Shown here piece by piece: positions 32,001 to 43,979 of a stretch of DNA of 64,000 nucleotides; the first letter of the stretch is position 1; each line of letters begins with the position of its first letter. Under the pieces are notes generated by a model, which was not told the DNA's origin, made no database searches, and worked only from the letters and a program-made list of their open reading frames with translations. The translations under genes were made by a program, and so were the position numbers. This DNA is from Alphaproteobacteria bacterium MarineAlpha5_Bin5 (GTDB lineage: Bacteria > Pseudomonadota > Alphaproteobacteria > HIMB59 > GCA-002718135), in assembly GCA_002938205.1 (NCBI GenBank), contig PTKZ01000002.1, positions 64,017-128,016 of the forward strand. Reading direction: 5' to 3'.

Positions 32001-33202
32001 TTTCCTTAAACATACCTTTTGGTTCTAGGTTATATGTTAATAATGGTGATAATGTTAAAGTTAATAAAATATTAGCAGAATGGGATCCATATACACTCCC
32101 AATAATTGCAGAAAAAGAAGGCTATATAAAATATGTTGACCTAAAGCAAGGTGTCTCGTTTAGAGAGTCAATGGATGATACTACAGGAATCTCAAGTAAA
32201 ATTATAATTGACTGGAGTCAAAATCCAAAATCTAAAAATTTCAAACCAGCTGTAAACATTTTAGATTCTATAAACTCTGATTTAGAAGATAGTGAGTTTA
32301 TTAATTATCCAATGTCAATAGACACAATTTTAAGTGTTGAAGATGGTCAAAAAGTATTTGCCGGTCAAGTTTTAGCAAGAATCCCTAAAGAATCTTCAAA
32401 AACTAAAGATATTACTGGTGGATTGCCAAGAGTTGCTGAGTTATTTGAAGCGAGAAAGCCAAAGGATCCAGCAATTATGTGTGAAATTGATGGAAAAATA
32501 TCTTTTGGCAAAGATTATAAAAATAAAAGAAGATTAATAATTACGAGTATTGATGAAGAGGATAATTTTGAAATACTTATTCCTCGAGCAAAATACCTTA
32601 ATGTTCAAGAAGGGGATTTTGTTAAAAAAGGAGATATTTTAGTAGAAGGTACTCCTGTACCACATGATATACTTAGAATATTAGGAGTAGAGGAGCTAGC
32701 AAGATATTTGGTTAGAGAAGTTCAATCTGTATACAAACTACAGGGAGTTTATATAAATGATAAACATATTGAAACTATTGCAAGACAAATGCTTCAAAAA
32801 GTGATGATTAAAGATCCCGGAGATAGCAACTTGATGATTGGAGAACAAGTTCATAAAAAAGATCTAGTAAAACTAAATAAATTTCTTGAAGATCAGAATA
32901 AAAAAATTGTTGAATATGAACCTGTTTTATTAGGCATAACAAAAGCTAGTCTCCAAACAAGTTCTTTTATATCAGCTGCCTCTTTCCAAGAAACAACTAA
33001 AGTATTAACTGATGCTGCTACTCTAGGAAAAATAGATCGTTTAAATGGCTTAAAAGAAAATGTAATCGTTGGCCGACTTATTCCTGCTGGAACTGGAAAA
33101 ATGACATCAGATTATGAAAATATTGCTTCTATGAAAGATAAGGAAATTCTCCAACAACGAAAAAAAGCATCAGAAAATAGCGAAATTTCTCAAGAAATTT
33201 AG
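29069..33202 (+). CDS. rpoC: DNA-directed RNA polymerase subunit beta'
   Basis: 1377 aa with a Zn-finger region ([23 protein letters not shown]) and the catalytic [12 protein letters not shown]. Start overlaps the rpoB stop by 8 nt. Confidence 0.99.
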   Translation: MNKELVNIFNQNLGIQNFNSLKIAIASPEDIRSWSFGEIKKPETINYRTFKPEKDGLFCSRIFGPVKDYECLCGKYKRMKFRGIICEKCGVEVTLSKVRRDRMGHIELAAPVSHIWFMKSLPSRIATLLDMTIKNLEKVLYFEQFIVVEPGLTDLKKGDIITEDQYIDYQDEYGEDSFSAAIGAEAIEQMLINIDLESDFNQTKNELSETKSELKKTKLTKRLKLLESFIISKNKPEWMILRVLPVIPPELRPLVPLDGGRFATSDLNDLYRRVINRNNRLKRLIDLRAPDIIIRNEKRMLQESVDALFDNGRRGRVITSTNKRPLKSLSDMLKGKQGRFRQNLLGKRVDYSGRSVIVVGPNLKLHQCGLPKKMALELFKPFIFHKLDIYGWANTIKAAKKLVEKEDPRVWDILEEVIREHPVLLNRAPTLHRLGIQAFEPVLIEGKSIQLHPLVCTAFNADFDGDQMAVHVPLSLEAQLEARVLMMSTNNILSPSSGKPIIVPSQDIVLGIYYLSIIRPNQKGEGRYFIDTNEILKAIETKSITLHTKIYARVKNFDESYSKIETTPGRMILADALPNNKKINFGIINKVLTKKEVSNIIDTVYRFCGQKETVLFADHIMQIGFKYAAIAGISFGKDDLIIPEDKQTLLDETQKRVQEYEDQYQDGLITQGEKYNKVVDAWSDCTNKVADKMLEVISTPADDQPINSVYMMAHSGARGSAAQLKQLAGMRGLMAKPSGEIIENPIKSNFKEGLSVLEYFTSTHGARKGLADTALKTASSGYLTRRLVDVAQDAVIREIDCNTTNGVLVEEIVESGNITSPLTERVLGRTPTVDLIDENNNILIKAGQIIEEKHLEQIVKLGLRSLKIRSVLTCETEDGICSKCYGRDLARGTSVNIGEAVGIIAAQSIGEPGTQLTMRTFHIGGAASSSVEQSNALSPIDGEVKLESIRIIKDKSGNNIVLSRSGKINILYKNDEKFSLNIPFGSRLYVNNGDNVKVNKILAEWDPYTLPIIAEKEGYIKYVDLKQGVSFRESMDDTTGISSKIIIDWSQNPKSKNFKPAVNILDSINSDLEDSEFINYPMSIDTILSVEDGQKVFAGQVLARIPKESSKTKDITGGLPRVAELFEARKPKDPAIMCEIDGKISFGKDYKNKRRLIITSIDEEDNFEILIPRAKYLNVQEGDFVKKGDILVEGTPVPHDILRILGVEELARYLVREVQSVYKLQGVYINDKHIETIARQMLQKVMIKDPGDSNLMIGEQVHKKDLVKLNKFLEDQNKKIVEYEPVLLGITKASLQTSSFISAASFQETTKVLTDAATLGKIDRLNGLKENVIVGRLIPAGTGKMTSDYENIASMKDKEILQQRKKASENSEISQEI

Positions 33203-33208
33203 TATTTT

Positions 33209-33238
33209 CTTGACTTTATTGTTGGCAATTTATAAAGA
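33209..33238 (+). promoter_or_regulatory. Candidate promoter of the rpsL operon
   Basis: TTGACT at 33210-33215, followed by an A/T-rich -10 candidate (TATAAA/TAAAGA). The 14-mer CTTGACTTTATTGT is repeated exactly upstream of rpsM. Confidence 0.35.
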
Positions 33239-33301
33239 CCCGCTACGTTTTGTTGATGGTGGTGGAAAATTAATTCCAGACGCTTAACATATAGGACATA
33301 G

Positions 33302-33673
33302 ATGCCGACTATAAATCAATTAGTTCGAAAGGGTCGAACACCGCAGAAAAAAAGGAATAAGGTTCCAGCATTATCATCTTGTCCTCAAAAAAGAGGTGTG
33401 TGTACCAGAGTATATACAACCACACCAAAAAAACCAAATTCGGCACTAAGAAAAGTTGCTAGGGTAAAACTAACAAATGGTCATGAAGTCTCAGCTTATA
33501 TACCAGGTGAAGGGCATAATCTTCAAGAGCACTCAGTAGTTTTATTAAGAGGTGGTCGAGTTAAAGACTTACCAGGTGTTAGATATCATATTTTAAGAGG
33601 TAGTTTAGATACACAAGGAGTTAGCACGAGAAAACAAAGACGTTCACTTTATGGAGCTAAAAAACCAAAGTAA
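33302..33673 (+). CDS. rpsL: 30S ribosomal protein S12
   Basis: 123 aa: [12 protein letters not shown] ... [14 protein letters not shown]. Confidence 0.98.
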   Translation: MPTINQLVRKGRTPQKKRNKVPALSSCPQKRGVCTRVYTTTPKKPNSALRKVARVKLTNGHEVSAYIPGEGHNLQEHSVVLLRGGRVKDLPGVRYHILRGSLDTQGVSTRKQRRSLYGAKKPK

Positions 33674-33678
33674 ACATT

Positions 33679-34149
33679 ATGTCCAGAAGAAGAGCAGCCG
33701 AAAAAAGAACAATACTTCCAGACCATAAGTTTAAAGATATTATATTGGCAAAGTTTATGAATAGGATAATGATTGATGGTAAAAAATCAGTTTCTGAAAA
33801 GATTGTTTACGGAGCTTTTGATCTAGTTTCAAAAAAATCAGAAAAAAGTCCTATAGATTTATTTCATGAAGCTCTTAATAATGTTAAACCTAGTTTAGAA
33901 GTAAGATCAAGAAGAGTTGGAGGAGCCACTTATCAAGTACCAATGGAGGTTAGACCTAGAAGAGCTCAAGCATTAGCAATGAAATGGATTGTTGATTCAG
34001 CAACAAAAAGAAATGAGAAAACTATGAAAGAGAGAGTTGCGAATGAAATAATTGACGCGTTTAATAATAAAGGTAACGCAGTTAAAAAAAGAGAGGAGAC
34101 TCATAAAATGGCAGAAGCTAATAGAGCATTTTCTCATTTCAGGTGGTAA
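33679..34149 (+). CDS. rpsG: 30S ribosomal protein S7
   Basis: 156 aa with the S7 signature ([28 protein letters not shown]). Confidence 0.98.
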   Translation: MSRRRAAEKRTILPDHKFKDIILAKFMNRIMIDGKKSVSEKIVYGAFDLVSKKSEKSPIDLFHEALNNVKPSLEVRSRRVGGATYQVPMEVRPRRAQALAMKWIVDSATKRNEKTMKERVANEIIDAFNNKGNAVKKREETHKMAEANRAFSHFRW

Positions 34150-34151
34150 TT

Positions 34152-36230
34152 ATGTCTAGAACTCATTCATTAGATAAATATAGAAATATTGGAATAATGG
34201 CACATATTGATGCCGGGAAAACAACTACAACTGAAAGAATATTATACTATACAGGTAAGTCTCATAAGATAGGTGAAGTTCATGATGGTGCTGCTACTAT
34301 GGATTGGATGGAACAAGAGCAGGAAAGAGGTATAACAATTACTTCTGCTGCAACAACTTGTTTTTGGAAAGATCATAGAGTAAATATTATTGATACGCCT
34401 GGCCATGTTGATTTTACAATCGAAGTTGAAAGATCTTTAAAGGTGCTTGATGGAGCTGTAGCTGTGTTTGATGGTGTAGCAGGTGTTGAGCCACAATCTG
34501 AAACTGTTTGGCGACAAGCTGATAAATATAATGTTCCAAGAATGTGTTTTATAAATAAACTAGATAGGACAGGCGCAAATTTTTTTATGTGTGCAGATAT
34601 GATATCTGAACGTCTAGGGTCGTATCCTTTAGTTTTACAATTACCAATTGGTATTGAAAGTAATTTAAAAGGCGTTGTTGATTTAGTTGAAAATAATGCA
34701 ATTATTTGGCAAGATGAAAGTCTTGGAGCAAAGTTTGACATTGTTGAGATACCAGATGATTTAAAAGATCAAGCAAAGGAATATAGGGAAAAATTAATTG
34801 AAAAAGTGGTAGAAGAAGATGATACTATTATGGAAAAATATCTTGATGGAAATGAACCTAATGTCGAAGAAATAAAAAGTTGCATAAGAAGAGGAACAAT
34901 TAATAGCTCATTTGTGCCTGTTTTAACAGGTTCTGCATTCAAAAATAAAGGAGTACAACCATTACTCGATGCAGTTGTAGATTATATGCCATCACCTCAA
35001 GATGTAGCAAACGTACAGGGCAGTGATGTTAATGATGAAACCATTGAATTAACTAGAAAGTGTGACGATACTGAGCCTTTTAGTGCTTTAGCTTTCAAAA
35101 TTATGACAGATCCATTTGTAGGTAGTTTGACTTTTACTAGAATTTATTCTGGAACAATAAACACTAAAGATTCAGTTTTAAATTCTAATTCAGGAAAAAA
35201 AGAAAATATTGGAAGAATGCTTTTAATGCATGCAAATAATAGGGAAGAAATCAAAACAGCAAATGCTGGAGATATAGTAGCTTTAGTAGGTTTAAAAGAT
35301 GTTACAACTGGAGAAACTCTTTGTTCTGTAGATAAACCTATAGTGCTTGAAAGAATGGATTTTCCAGACCCTGTGATTGAAGTAGCTGTAGAACCAAAAA
35401 CAAAAGTTGATCATGAAAAAATGGGTACTGCGCTAGGAAGGTTGGCACAAGAAGACCCAAGTTTTAGAGTAACAACTGATCAAGAAAGTGGCCAAACAAT
35501 AATAAAAGGAATGGGTGAACTTCATTTAGAAATTCTTGTAGATAGAATGAAAAGAGAATTTAAGGTAGAGGCTAATGTTGGTGCCCCACAAGTAGCGTAT
35601 CGAGAAACAATATCCAATTCATTTGATGTTGATTATACTCACAAAAAACAATCAGGTGGAGCAGGTCAATTTGCTAGAGTAAAAATAACTTTTGAACCTG
35701 GAGAACCTGGAAGTGGTTATGAGTTTGTAAATAAAATTAAAGGTGGAAATATTCCAACAGAATTAATTCCTGGAGTTGAAAAAGGATTAATAGCTCAACA
35801 ACAAACTGGAGTAATGGCTGGTTTTCCATGTATTGATTTTAAAGCAACATTAACTGATGGAGCTTATCATGATGTAGATTCGAGTGTTCTAGCATTTGAG
35901 ATTGCAGCTAGAGCAGCTTTCAGAGAAGGAATAGCTAAAGCAAATCCTGTATTACTTGAACCAATGATGAAAGTAGAAGTTGTAACTCCTGAGGAATATA
36001 TGGGAGATGTTATTGGAGATTTAAATAGTAGGAGGGGTCAGGTTCAAGAAATGAGCACAAGGGGGAATGCAAATGTTGTTGATGCAAGCGTACCTCTCGC
36101 AAACATGTTTGGTTACGTAAATAATTTAAGATCTTTAACACAAGGTAGAGCTAATTATTCAATGCAATTTGATCATTATGAACAAGTTCCTTCTAATGTG
36201 GCAGAAGAAGTGAAAGCAAAGTTAGCATAA
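34152..36230 (+). CDS. fusA: Elongation factor G
   Basis: About 692 aa with a G domain ([32 protein letters not shown]). I prefer the ATG at 34152 just after the rpsG stop. The tracked ORF starts at a GTG at 34143. Confidence 0.97.
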   Translation: MSRTHSLDKYRNIGIMAHIDAGKTTTTERILYYTGKSHKIGEVHDGAATMDWMEQEQERGITITSAATTCFWKDHRVNIIDTPGHVDFTIEVERSLKVLDGAVAVFDGVAGVEPQSETVWRQADKYNVPRMCFINKLDRTGANFFMCADMISERLGSYPLVLQLPIGIESNLKGVVDLVENNAIIWQDESLGAKFDIVEIPDDLKDQAKEYREKLIEKVVEEDDTIMEKYLDGNEPNVEEIKSCIRRGTINSSFVPVLTGSAFKNKGVQPLLDAVVDYMPSPQDVANVQGSDVNDETIELTRKCDDTEPFSALAFKIMTDPFVGSLTFTRIYSGTINTKDSVLNSNSGKKENIGRMLLMHANNREEIKTANAGDIVALVGLKDVTTGETLCSVDKPIVLERMDFPDPVIEVAVEPKTKVDHEKMGTALGRLAQEDPSFRVTTDQESGQTIIKGMGELHLEILVDRMKREFKVEANVGAPQVAYRETISNSFDVDYTHKKQSGGAGQFARVKITFEPGEPGSGYEFVNKIKGGNIPTELIPGVEKGLIAQQQTGVMAGFPCIDFKATLTDGAYHDVDSSVLAFEIAARAAFREGIAKANPVLLEPMMKVEVVTPEEYMGDVIGDLNSRRGQVQEMSTRGNANVVDASVPLANMFGYVNNLRSLTQGRANYSMQFDHYEQVPSNVAEEVKAKLA

Positions 36231-36538
36231 TGGAATCACAAAATATAAGGATTCGTTTAAGGGCTTTTGATAGCAAAATGTTAGATAACAGTACAGGAGA
36301 TATAATTAATACAGCAAAAAGAACTGGAGCAAAGGTAAAAGGACCAATTCCATTACCAACAAGATTTGAAAAATTTACAGTTAATAAATCACCACATATT
36401 GATAAGAAAAGTCGAGATCAATTTGAAATAAGGACACATAATAGATTGATAGATATTGTTGATCCAACACCTCAGACAGTTGATGCATTAATGAAATTAG
36501 ATTTATCTGCAGGTGTAGAAGTTGATATAAAAATATAA
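36230..36538 (+). CDS. rpsJ: 30S ribosomal protein S10
   Basis: 102 aa (IRIRLRAFD ... GPIPLPT). Start overlaps the fusA stop (TAATG). Confidence 0.97.
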   Translation: MESQNIRIRLRAFDSKMLDNSTGDIINTAKRTGAKVKGPIPLPTRFEKFTVNKSPHIDKKSRDQFEIRTHNRLIDIVDPTPQTVDALMKLDLSAGVEVDIKI

Positions 36539-36540
36539 CT

Positions 36541-37194
36541 ATGAAAAAAAGATCAGGTTTAATAGCAACAAAGATAGGTAATAGTTCATACTACGCAGAA
36601 AAAGGAATGGTTATCCCAGTTACAGTGCTAAAAGTTGATGAATGTGTAGTGTCTGGCTTAAAAACTCCTGAAAAAGATGGATATAGTTCAGTTCAAGTAG
36701 CAAGTATTGACACTAATACTGATGTTAAAAAAATAAATAAACCGCAGCAAAAAATATTTGCTAATTTAAATATTAAACCAAAAAAAATATTAAAAGAATT
36801 TAGAGTTGACTCAGAAAATGTTCTTGAAGTTGGTACAACTCTAAATGTATCTCATTTTACAAAAGAACAATTTATTGATGTTACATCAATTTCTAATGGT
36901 AAAGGTTTTGCTGGAGCAATGAAAAGACACAATTTTGCAGGTTTAAGAGCTTCTCATGGAGTTTCTGTTTCCCATAGAGCTCATGGATCAACGGGTCAAA
37001 ATCAAGACCCGGGAAAAGTTTTTAAAGGTAAAAAAATGGCAGGACATATGGGTGCAAAACAAGTTACAAAACAAAATCTCAAAATAATTGATATTGATGA
37101 AGCAAATAGCCTGATTATAGTAAAAGGATCCGTACCAGGTAAAAAAAATTCAATAGTATTACTGAAAGATGCAAATAAAAAAAGTGAAACATGA
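36541..37194 (+). CDS. rplC: 50S ribosomal protein L3
   Basis: 217 aa (GKGFAGAMKRHNF, GHMG), in canonical S10-operon order. Confidence 0.97.
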   Translation: MKKRSGLIATKIGNSSYYAEKGMVIPVTVLKVDECVVSGLKTPEKDGYSSVQVASIDTNTDVKKINKPQQKIFANLNIKPKKILKEFRVDSENVLEVGTTLNVSHFTKEQFIDVTSISNGKGFAGAMKRHNFAGLRASHGVSVSHRAHGSTGQNQDPGKVFKGKKMAGHMGAKQVTKQNLKIIDIDEANSLIIVKGSVPGKKNSIVLLKDANKKSET

Positions 37195-37814
37195 AAAAAA
37201 AATTAGTAAATTTAGATAACAAGCTGTTAAAAGAAATTGAGATAGACGATAGTATATTTGGTATTAAATTATTACCGGATATTATTCATGAATATATTAG
37301 ATATCAAAATGCAAAGTCAAGACAAGGAAGTCACAAAACAAAAACAAGATCTGAGGTAAATGGAAGGTCAAAGAAACCTTTTTCTCAAAAAGGTACTGGT
37401 AATGCTAGGCAAGGAAGTAGTAAACCTCCCCACTTTAGAGGAGGAGCAACCTCAATGGGACCGGTCAATAGAGATCATTCATTTAATCTTAATAAAAAAG
37501 AGAAAAAATTAGCAATCAAATCAACTCTTTCATCAAAATTATCAGATGATAATATTATTTTTGTAGATTCTCTAACAATAGAATCTCATAAAACTAAACA
37601 ATTAGCAAAGCAACTGCAAAAATTTAATTTTAAATCTGCATTATTTGTTTATGGTAATGAAAAAGCAGACAATAATTTTGTAAAAGCTTCTAGTAACTTA
37701 CCAAGAGTTTCACTTTTAAATCAAAAAGGAATAAATGTTCTGGATTTAGTAACATATGAAAAAATTTTTATTGAAGAAACATCGCTTACAAAAATAAAAG
37801 AGAGGTTACTATGA
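37191..37814 (+). CDS. rplD: 50S ribosomal protein L4
   Basis: 207 aa (QKGTGNARQGS), in canonical order. Confidence 0.96.
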   Translation: MKKKLVNLDNKLLKEIEIDDSIFGIKLLPDIIHEYIRYQNAKSRQGSHKTKTRSEVNGRSKKPFSQKGTGNARQGSSKPPHFRGGATSMGPVNRDHSFNLNKKEKKLAIKSTLSSKLSDDNIIFVDSLTIESHKTKQLAKQLQKFNFKSALFVYGNEKADNNFVKASSNLPRVSLLNQKGINVLDLVTYEKIFIEETSLTKIKERLL

Positions 37815-38125
37815 GAAATAAAAAAATAATTTCTGTAGAGAAAGCTTACAGTATAATTCAAAAACCTCTGATGACGGAAAAATCAACAAATCTAAATCAA
37901 TACAATCAATATAGTTTTGTAGTTTCTAAAGAAAGTAATTCTAATGAAATTAAACAAGCAATAGAAAAAATTTTTAATGTTAAGGTAATAAAAATTAATA
38001 CAAGTATCATCAAAGGTAAGCTTAAGTCGTTTAAGGGAAGTCTAGGATATAAAAATGATATTAAAAAAGCAATTGTTACTCTTTCTGAAGGAAATACAAT
38101 TGATAGTTCTTTGGAGATCAAATAG
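37811..38125 (+). CDS. rplW: 50S ribosomal protein L23
   Basis: 104 aa ([21 protein letters not shown]), in canonical order. Confidence 0.95.
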   Translation: MRNKKIISVEKAYSIIQKPLMTEKSTNLNQYNQYSFVVSKESNSNEIKQAIEKIFNVKVIKINTSIIKGKLKSFKGSLGYKNDIKKAIVTLSEGNTIDSSLEIK

Positions 38126-38946
38126 TGCTTATAAAACTTAAACCAAATACTCCAGGTCAAAGAGGTACTGTATTAGTTTCAAAAAAACATTTGTCAAAAG
38201 AAAATCCTTTTAAAGCTCTTACCGTACCAATAAAATCAACAGGTGGTAGAAATAATCAAGGAAGAATAACATCTCGTAGAATGGGTGGAGGAGTTAAAAG
38301 AAAATATAGATTAATTGACTTTAAAAGAAATAAATTTGATATTAGTGCTGAGGTAATTAGAAATGAATATGACCCAAATAGATCAACATTTATTTCATTA
38401 GTTAAGTATGAAGATGGTGAGTACAGATATATTCTATCTCCAAAAAATATAAAAATTGGAGATAATATTTCTTCAGGAGATAATGTTGAAATTAAAGATG
38501 GAAACTGCTTACCTCTCAAGAACATCCCTGTAGGTACCAGTGTTCATAATATAGAAATTAAACCAGGAGCTGGAGGCCAGTTGGTTAGATCTGCTGGAAC
38601 ATCTGCTCAAATTATTTCAAAAGAAGAAACATATGTTCAAATTCGACTAGTCTCTGGAGAAATAAGGTACATAAATAAAAATTCTATGGCAACAGTAGGA
38701 ATATTATCAAATCCAGATCAAAAAAATGTTAAGCTAGGTAAGGCTGGTAGAAAAAGATTTTTAGGTTTTCGGCCAAAAGTTAGAGGTGTTGTTATGAACC
38801 CTGTTGATCATCCACATGGTGGAGGTGAAGGCAGAACTTCTGGAGGTAGACATCCTGTAACTCCATGGGGTGTTTCTACTAAAGGTAAAAAAACAAGAAG
38901 AAATAAGAAGACAAATGTCTTCATAATTAAAAGAAGGAAAAAATAA
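38125..38946 (+). CDS. rplB: 50S ribosomal protein L2
   Basis: 273 aa with a GTG start and the signature [14 protein letters not shown]. Confidence 0.98.
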   Translation: MLIKLKPNTPGQRGTVLVSKKHLSKENPFKALTVPIKSTGGRNNQGRITSRRMGGGVKRKYRLIDFKRNKFDISAEVIRNEYDPNRSTFISLVKYEDGEYRYILSPKNIKIGDNISSGDNVEIKDGNCLPLKNIPVGTSVHNIEIKPGAGGQLVRSAGTSAQIISKEETYVQIRLVSGEIRYINKNSMATVGILSNPDQKNVKLGKAGRKRFLGFRPKVRGVVMNPVDHPHGGGEGRTSGGRHPVTPWGVSTKGKKTRRNKKTNVFIIKRRKK

Positions 38947-39224
38947 TGGCTAGATCAGTTTGGAAAGGACCATTTGTTGATATGACTTTAATTAAGAAAG
39001 CTGAAAAAGTTAATGAATCAGGCAAAAAAGAGGTAATAAAAACTTGGTCTCGTAGATCAACTATTTTACCACAATTTGTAGGCTTAACTTTTGGCGTTTA
39101 TAATGGACAAAAATTTATACCTGTAAATGTTAGCGAACATATGGTTGGTCATAAATTTGGTGAATTTTCTCCAACTAGAAATTTTAAAGGACATACAGCA
39201 GCAGATAAGAAGGTAGAAAAATAA
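38946..39224 (+). CDS. rpsS: 30S ribosomal protein S19
   Basis: 92 aa ([21 protein letters not shown]). Confidence 0.98.
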   Translation: MARSVWKGPFVDMTLIKKAEKVNESGKKEVIKTWSRRSTILPQFVGLTFGVYNGQKFIPVNVSEHMVGHKFGEFSPTRNFKGHTAADKKVEK

Positions 39225-39225
39225 A

Positions 39226-39594
39226 ATGAATGAAGATTTAACAGCAGTAGCAAAAGACAATACAATCAGAGTTAGCTCTCTTAAACTTGCAAATATTGCG
39301 AGAACAATAGTTAATCAAAAAGTAAATAAAGCTGTTAATCAACTTAAATTCTCAGATAAAAGAATTGCAAAAAGCGTATTAAAAGTTTTAAATTCTGCTA
39401 TTGCGAATGCAGAAAATAATAAGCAATTAGATATTGATAATTTGTTCGTTAAGGAAGCATTTGTTGGTAAAAGTATAACTATGAAAAGATTTAGACCAAG
39501 AGCGAAAGGCAGATCTTCATCAATAATTAAACCATTTAGTAAAATTACAATTATAGTTGAAGAGCGATCTAAAGTTCAGAAGGGAAATAAATAA
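39226..39594 (+). CDS. rplV: 50S ribosomal protein L22
   Basis: 122 aa with an L22-like sequence ([11 protein letters not shown]), in canonical order. Confidence 0.95.
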   Translation: MNEDLTAVAKDNTIRVSSLKLANIARTIVNQKVNKAVNQLKFSDKRIAKSVLKVLNSAIANAENNKQLDIDNLFVKEAFVGKSITMKRFRPRAKGRSSSIIKPFSKITIIVEERSKVQKGNK

Positions 39595-39596
39595 TT

Positions 39597-40274
39597 ATGG
39601 GACAGAAAGTTAATCCAAACGGTATAAGACTCGGAATTAACAGAACTTGGTCTTCAAGGTGGTTTTCCAACTATGATTATGCAAAATTTTTGCATCAAGA
39701 TCTAGAAATTAAAAAATATGTTGGACAAAAATTAAAAAATGCTAGTATTTCTAAAATAAATATTGAAAGAGCTGCAAAAAAATTAAGAATTACAATTTAT
39801 AGTTCTAGACCCGGCATAATTATTGGTAAGAAAGGTGCTGATATTGAAAGTTTAAAAAACAAGCTTTCAAAATTATCAAATCTTGAAGTTTTTTTAGATA
39901 TTAAAGAAGTAAGAAAACCAGAGGTAGAAGCAAAATTAGTTGCAGAAAATATAGCAACTCAGCTTGAAAAAAGAATTTCATTTAGAAGAGCTATGAAAAA
40001 AGCTGTTCAATCATCCATGAGATTAGGAGCTAAAGGCGTTAAAGTAGTTTGCAGTGGAAGATTAGGTGGAGCAGAGATTGCGAGAACTGAAAAATATCAC
40101 GAGGGTAGTGTACCATTACATACATTAAGAAGTGATATTGATTATGCTACAGCTGAAGCTGAAACAACATATGGAATTTGTGGAATTAAAGTTTGGATAA
40201 ATAAAGGTGAAATTTTAAGCAAAGATCCATACGCAAGTGAAAAAAATCAAATAGATCAAGGCAGTGTAAGATAA
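39597..40274 (+). CDS. rpsC: 30S ribosomal protein S3
   Basis: 225 aa ([15 protein letters not shown] domain, [10 protein letters not shown]). Confidence 0.98.
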   Translation: MGQKVNPNGIRLGINRTWSSRWFSNYDYAKFLHQDLEIKKYVGQKLKNASISKINIERAAKKLRITIYSSRPGIIIGKKGADIESLKNKLSKLSNLEVFLDIKEVRKPEVEAKLVAENIATQLEKRISFRRAMKKAVQSSMRLGAKGVKVVCSGRLGGAEIARTEKYHEGSVPLHTLRSDIDYATAEAETTYGICGIKVWINKGEILSKDPYASEKNQIDQGSVR

Positions 40275-40690
40275 TGAATATGCTTTCTCCAAAAAAGACT
40301 AAATTTCGCAAACAATTTAAAGGACGTATCCATGGTAAAGCAAAAGGAAATTTTGCTTTGAATTATGGGAGTTATGGCTTGAAAGCTATTGAGCCAGAAA
40401 GAGTTACTTCAAGACAAATAGAATCTGCTAGAAAAGCCATAACTAGATACCTTAAAAGAGCAGGTAAAATGTGGATTAGAATATTTCCAGATGTTCCAGT
40501 TTCAAAAAAACCTGCTGAAGTTAGAATGGGTAAAGGTAAAGGTTCTAATGAATTTTGGGCATGCAGAGTCAAGCCTGGAAGAATAATGTTTGAAATTGAT
40601 GGAGTTGGCGTTGAAGATGCCAAAAGAGCAATGAGTTTAGCAGCAGCAAAACTTCCTATTAAGTGTAAATTTGTAGAGAGAAATATATAA
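40274..40690 (+). CDS. rplP: 50S ribosomal protein L16
   Basis: 138 aa ([23 protein letters not shown]). Confidence 0.98.
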   Translation: MNMLSPKKTKFRKQFKGRIHGKAKGNFALNYGSYGLKAIEPERVTSRQIESARKAITRYLKRAGKMWIRIFPDVPVSKKPAEVRMGKGKGSNEFWACRVKPGRIMFEIDGVGVEDAKRAMSLAAAKLPIKCKFVERNI

Positions 40691-40887
40691 TGGCTAAATC
40701 AAAAATAATATTAGATAGAAAAAAAATCAGAGAAGAAGTTGTAGATTTAAAAAAAGCGCTTTTGAATTTAAAATTTCAAAAATCAACTGGTCAACTTGAA
40801 AAAACTTCAGAAATTAAAAAAACTAAAAGAAAAATAGCTCAATTAAAAACAACAATTTCAAGAAATATAGGAGAAACAAATGCCTAA
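40690..40887 (+). CDS. rpmC: 50S ribosomal protein L29
   Basis: 65 aa helical basic protein between rplP and rpsQ. Confidence 0.93.
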   Translation: MAKSKIILDRKKIREEVVDLKKALLNLKFQKSTGQLEKTSEIKKTKRKIAQLKTTISRNIGETNA

Positions 40888-41125
40888 AAGAATTTTATCT
40901 GGAACTGTGATATCTTCTAATGCTAATAAAACGATTGTTGTTAAAGTTGTAAGAAGAGTAAAACATAAACTTTATAAGAAAATAATTAGTCGCTCAAAAA
41001 AATATCATGTTCATGATGAGAAAAATCATTACAAACCTGGTGATTTGGTTAGTATTATTGAATCTAGACCAATTTCAAAACTTAAAAGTTGGATAACATT
41101 AGAAACTACAAAGGAGAATAATTAA
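40880..41125 (+). CDS. rpsQ: 30S ribosomal protein S17
   Basis: 81 aa ([20 protein letters not shown]....GD.V.I.E.RPISK). Confidence 0.96.
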   Translation: MPKRILSGTVISSNANKTIVVKVVRRVKHKLYKKIISRSKKYHVHDEKNHYKPGDLVSIIESRPISKLKSWITLETTKENN

Positions 41126-41494
41126 ATGATACAAATGCAGTCTAATCTTTCTGTAGCAGATAATTCTGGAGCTAGAAAAATTCAATGCATTAAAGTTTTG
41201 GGAGGTTCCAAAAGAAGATTTGCATCAATTGGTGATATTATAGTTGTATCAATAAAGGACGCTATACCAAGAGCTAAGGTAAAAAAAGGAGAAGTTTTTA
41301 AAGCAGTTATAGTTAGAACATCAAAGGAATTTGGTCGAAAAGATGGCACAACAATTCGATTTGATAAAAATGCTGCAGTACTTTTAGATAAGCAAGAAGA
41401 ACCGATTGCAACTAGAATTTTTGGCCCTGTTACAAGAGAATTAAGAACAAAAAAATTTATGAAAATTATAAGTTTAGCTCCAGAGGTATTATAA
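41126..41494 (+). CDS. rplN: 50S ribosomal protein L14
   Basis: 122 aa ([18 protein letters not shown]). Confidence 0.98.
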   Translation: MIQMQSNLSVADNSGARKIQCIKVLGGSKRRFASIGDIIVVSIKDAIPRAKVKKGEVFKAVIVRTSKEFGRKDGTTIRFDKNAAVLLDKQEEPIATRIFGPVTRELRTKKFMKIISLAPEVL

Positions 41495-41808
41495 TGAAAT
41501 ATAAAACTAAACTCAGAAAAGGCGATGAAGTGATTGTTCTAGCTGGAAAAGATAAGGGTAAAAAAGGAAAAATATTGCGCATATTAACTGAAAATCAAAA
41601 AGCAATAGTTTCTGAAATCAATAAAGTAAAAAAACATAAGAAGCCTGGAAATAATGAGCCAGGAGGCATAGTCGATAAAGAAATGCCGATTCAAATTAGT
41701 AACATAGCTTATTTTGATGCAAAGTCTAACAAACCAGTAAAAATTGGTTTTAAGATTAGCAAAGATAAAAAGGTAAGATTTAATAAAAATTCAGGAAAAG
41801 AAATATAA
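41494..41808 (+). CDS. rplX: 50S ribosomal protein L24
   Basis: 104 aa with a KOW motif (KGDEVIVLAGKDKGKKGKI). Confidence 0.96.
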   Translation: MKYKTKLRKGDEVIVLAGKDKGKKGKILRILTENQKAIVSEINKVKKHKKPGNNEPGGIVDKEMPIQISNIAYFDAKSNKPVKIGFKISKDKKVRFNKNSGKEI

Positions 41809-41809
41809 A

Positions 41810-42361
41810 ATGAGCCGACTTTTAGAAGAATATAAATCAAAAATATCTGTTAACTTAATGGCAAAGCTTAATTGTAAAAATATTTATGAGGTACCAAAAA
41901 TTAATAAGATAGTTTTGAACATGGGAATAGGCGAAGGTAAAGAAGATTCTAAGTTAATTGAAAAAGCTCAAGATGAATTATCATTAATAGCAGGACAAAA
42001 AGCTATTAAAACGAAAGCAAAAAAAGCTATAGCAGGCTTTAAAATTAGAGCAGGTATGCCACTTGGTGTTTCAGTTACTCTTAGAAATAAAATAATGTAT
42101 GAATTTTTGGATAGATTAATTAATATTGCTATACCTAGAATAAGAGATTTCAGAGGTTTGAATTCCAGTAGTTTTGATGGAAATGGAAACTATTCAATGG
42201 GAATTAAAGAACAAATAATATTTCCGGAAATAAATTATGATAAAATTGACAAAGTTAGAGGTTTAGACATAACGATTTGTACTTCAGCTAAAAACAATAA
42301 TGATGCTTTAGAATTATTAAAAAGTTTTAATATGCCTTTTAAAGGTGAGAACATAAATTAG
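41810..42361 (+). CDS. rplE: 50S ribosomal protein L5
   Basis: 183 aa ([34 protein letters not shown]). Confidence 0.98.
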   Translation: MSRLLEEYKSKISVNLMAKLNCKNIYEVPKINKIVLNMGIGEGKEDSKLIEKAQDELSLIAGQKAIKTKAKKAIAGFKIRAGMPLGVSVTLRNKIMYEFLDRLINIAIPRIRDFRGLNSSSFDGNGNYSMGIKEQIIFPEINYDKIDKVRGLDITICTSAKNNNDALELLKSFNMPFKGENIN

Positions 42362-42368
42362 GAGTAAA

Positions 42369-42674
42369 ATGGCAAAACTAAGTTCAATACAAAAAAATCT
42401 TTCAAGATCACAACTTTCAAAGAAATTTAAAAATAAAAGAAATAAATTAAAAGAAAAAATTATGAAAAAAGATATTTCAATGGAAGAGCGTTTAAAGCTG
42501 CAAAGTAAATTAAATGACTTGCCAAGAAATAGCTCTTCAATAAGGTATAGAAACAGATGTCAAATTACTGGAAGAACTAGAGGAGTTTATAGAAAATTTG
42601 GTTTATCTAGAATAAAAATAAGAGAATTATCAATGTCGGGTGATTTGCCAGGTGTTGTAAAATCAAGTTGGTAG
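42369..42674 (+). CDS. rpsN: 30S ribosomal protein S14 (long, non-zinc form)
   Basis: 101 aa ([26 protein letters not shown] ... KSSW). No CxxC pairs. Confidence 0.97.
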   Translation: MAKLSSIQKNLSRSQLSKKFKNKRNKLKEKIMKKDISMEERLKLQSKLNDLPRNSSSIRYRNRCQITGRTRGVYRKFGLSRIKIRELSMSGDLPGVVKSSW

Positions 42675-42684
42675 AGGGGGTTTT

Positions 42685-43083
42685 ATGAGTTTTAATGATG
42701 CTTTATCAGACATGTTAGCAAGAATCAAAAACGCCCATAGGGCAAGAAAATCTTTTACATCTTGTTTTAAATCTAAATTAAATATGAATGTGTTATCTGT
42801 TTTAAAAGATGAAGGATATATTAGAGATTATAAAGATATTGAAGTACGTAATGGGATTGATTCAATTCAAATAGATCTAAAGTATTATAATGGAACACCG
42901 GTTATTAAAAATATTAAAAGAATATCAAAACCTGGAATAAGAGTTTATTCTAAAATTTCGGATTTACCTAAAACGTATGGAGGTTTAGGGATTTCTATTT
43001 TATCTACACCAAAAGGAGTAATGTCAGACAATCAAGCAAGAAAAAAAAATGTTGGTGGAGAAATTCTTTGTGAGGTATTTTAA
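42685..43083 (+). CDS. rpsH: 30S ribosomal protein S8
   Basis: 132 aa (DMLARIKNA ... GGEILCEVF). Confidence 0.97.
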   Translation: MSFNDALSDMLARIKNAHRARKSFTSCFKSKLNMNVLSVLKDEGYIRDYKDIEVRNGIDSIQIDLKYYNGTPVIKNIKRISKPGIRVYSKISDLPKTYGGLGISILSTPKGVMSDNQARKKNVGGEILCEVF

Positions 43084-43085
43084 TA

Positions 43086-43619
43086 ATGTCTAGAATTGCT
43101 AAAAATAGTATTAAAATTAACAAAGAAATTAACTGCAAGTTTGAAAATGGTCTTTTCTTTGCTAAGGGTAAATTAGGAGAAAAGAGTTTAAATATAAATT
43201 CTTCTTATACTGTTGAGATAAACAATGAAGAAATATTAATTCTTCCTAAGGATGAAAAAGATAAATTAAATCCAAGCTGGGGCACAACAAGAGCGCTAGT
43301 GGCTAATTTAATACAAGGTGTGAGTGATGGTTTTTCAAAAACACTTGAACTAAATGGAACAGGTTATAGGGCTAGTATATCAGGTTCAAAATTAAAACTA
43401 CAAGTTGGTTATAGTCATGATATTGATTATGAAATACCAAAAGAAGTAAAAGTGGAATGCCCTAAACAAAATATAATAAAATTATACAGTTTTGATAAAG
43501 AAGTTTTGGGTGCAACAGCAGCGAAAATTCGTTCTTATAGAAAGCCAGAACCGTTCAAAGGTAAGGGGATAAAATATGAAAATGAGTTTATATTTAGAAA
43601 AGAAGGGAAGAAAAAATAA
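43086..43619 (+). CDS. rplF: 50S ribosomal protein L6
   Basis: 177 aa (MSRIAKNSI, PEPFKGKGIKY). Confidence 0.97.
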   Translation: MSRIAKNSIKINKEINCKFENGLFFAKGKLGEKSLNINSSYTVEINNEEILILPKDEKDKLNPSWGTTRALVANLIQGVSDGFSKTLELNGTGYRASISGSKLKLQVGYSHDIDYEIPKEVKVECPKQNIIKLYSFDKEVLGATAAKIRSYRKPEPFKGKGIKYENEFIFRKEGKKK

Positions 43620-43635
43620 TTAAAAGATTAATATA

Positions 43636-43971
43636 ATGAAAGAAAATAGAAAAAAGAGAACAAGATTTAATTTAAAAAAAGTTTCTAAAAGAAATAGATT
43701 ATCTGTTTTTAAATCAAATAATCATTTATATGCTCAGGTAATTGATGATAACAAAGGAACTACAATAGTAAGTGCCTCAACTTTAGAAAAAAATGTTGAC
43801 AATAAAAAATCAAATAGAAAAGAGCTTGCTGAATTGGTTGGTAAAGAAATAGCTAAAAGATCAATTTCTAAAGGTGTGAAAGAAGTTGCATTCGATAAAG
43901 GAAAATACAAATTTCATGGCTTAATCAAAATTCTTGCAGATGCTGCTAGAAGTGAAGGTCTTAATTTTTAA
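43636..43971 (+). CDS. rplR: 50S ribosomal protein L18
   Basis: 111 aa ([28 protein letters not shown]). Confidence 0.96.
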   Translation: MKENRKKRTRFNLKKVSKRNRLSVFKSNNHLYAQVIDDNKGTTIVSASTLEKNVDNKKSNRKELAELVGKEIAKRSISKGVKEVAFDKGKYKFHGLIKILADAARSEGLNF

Positions 43972-43979
43972 AGGATATT

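Noticed and set aside
34373-34741. 122-aa minus-strand ORF inside fusA
   Set aside because: It is antisense to the universally conserved G domain of EF-G. There are no family features and no independent start signals.
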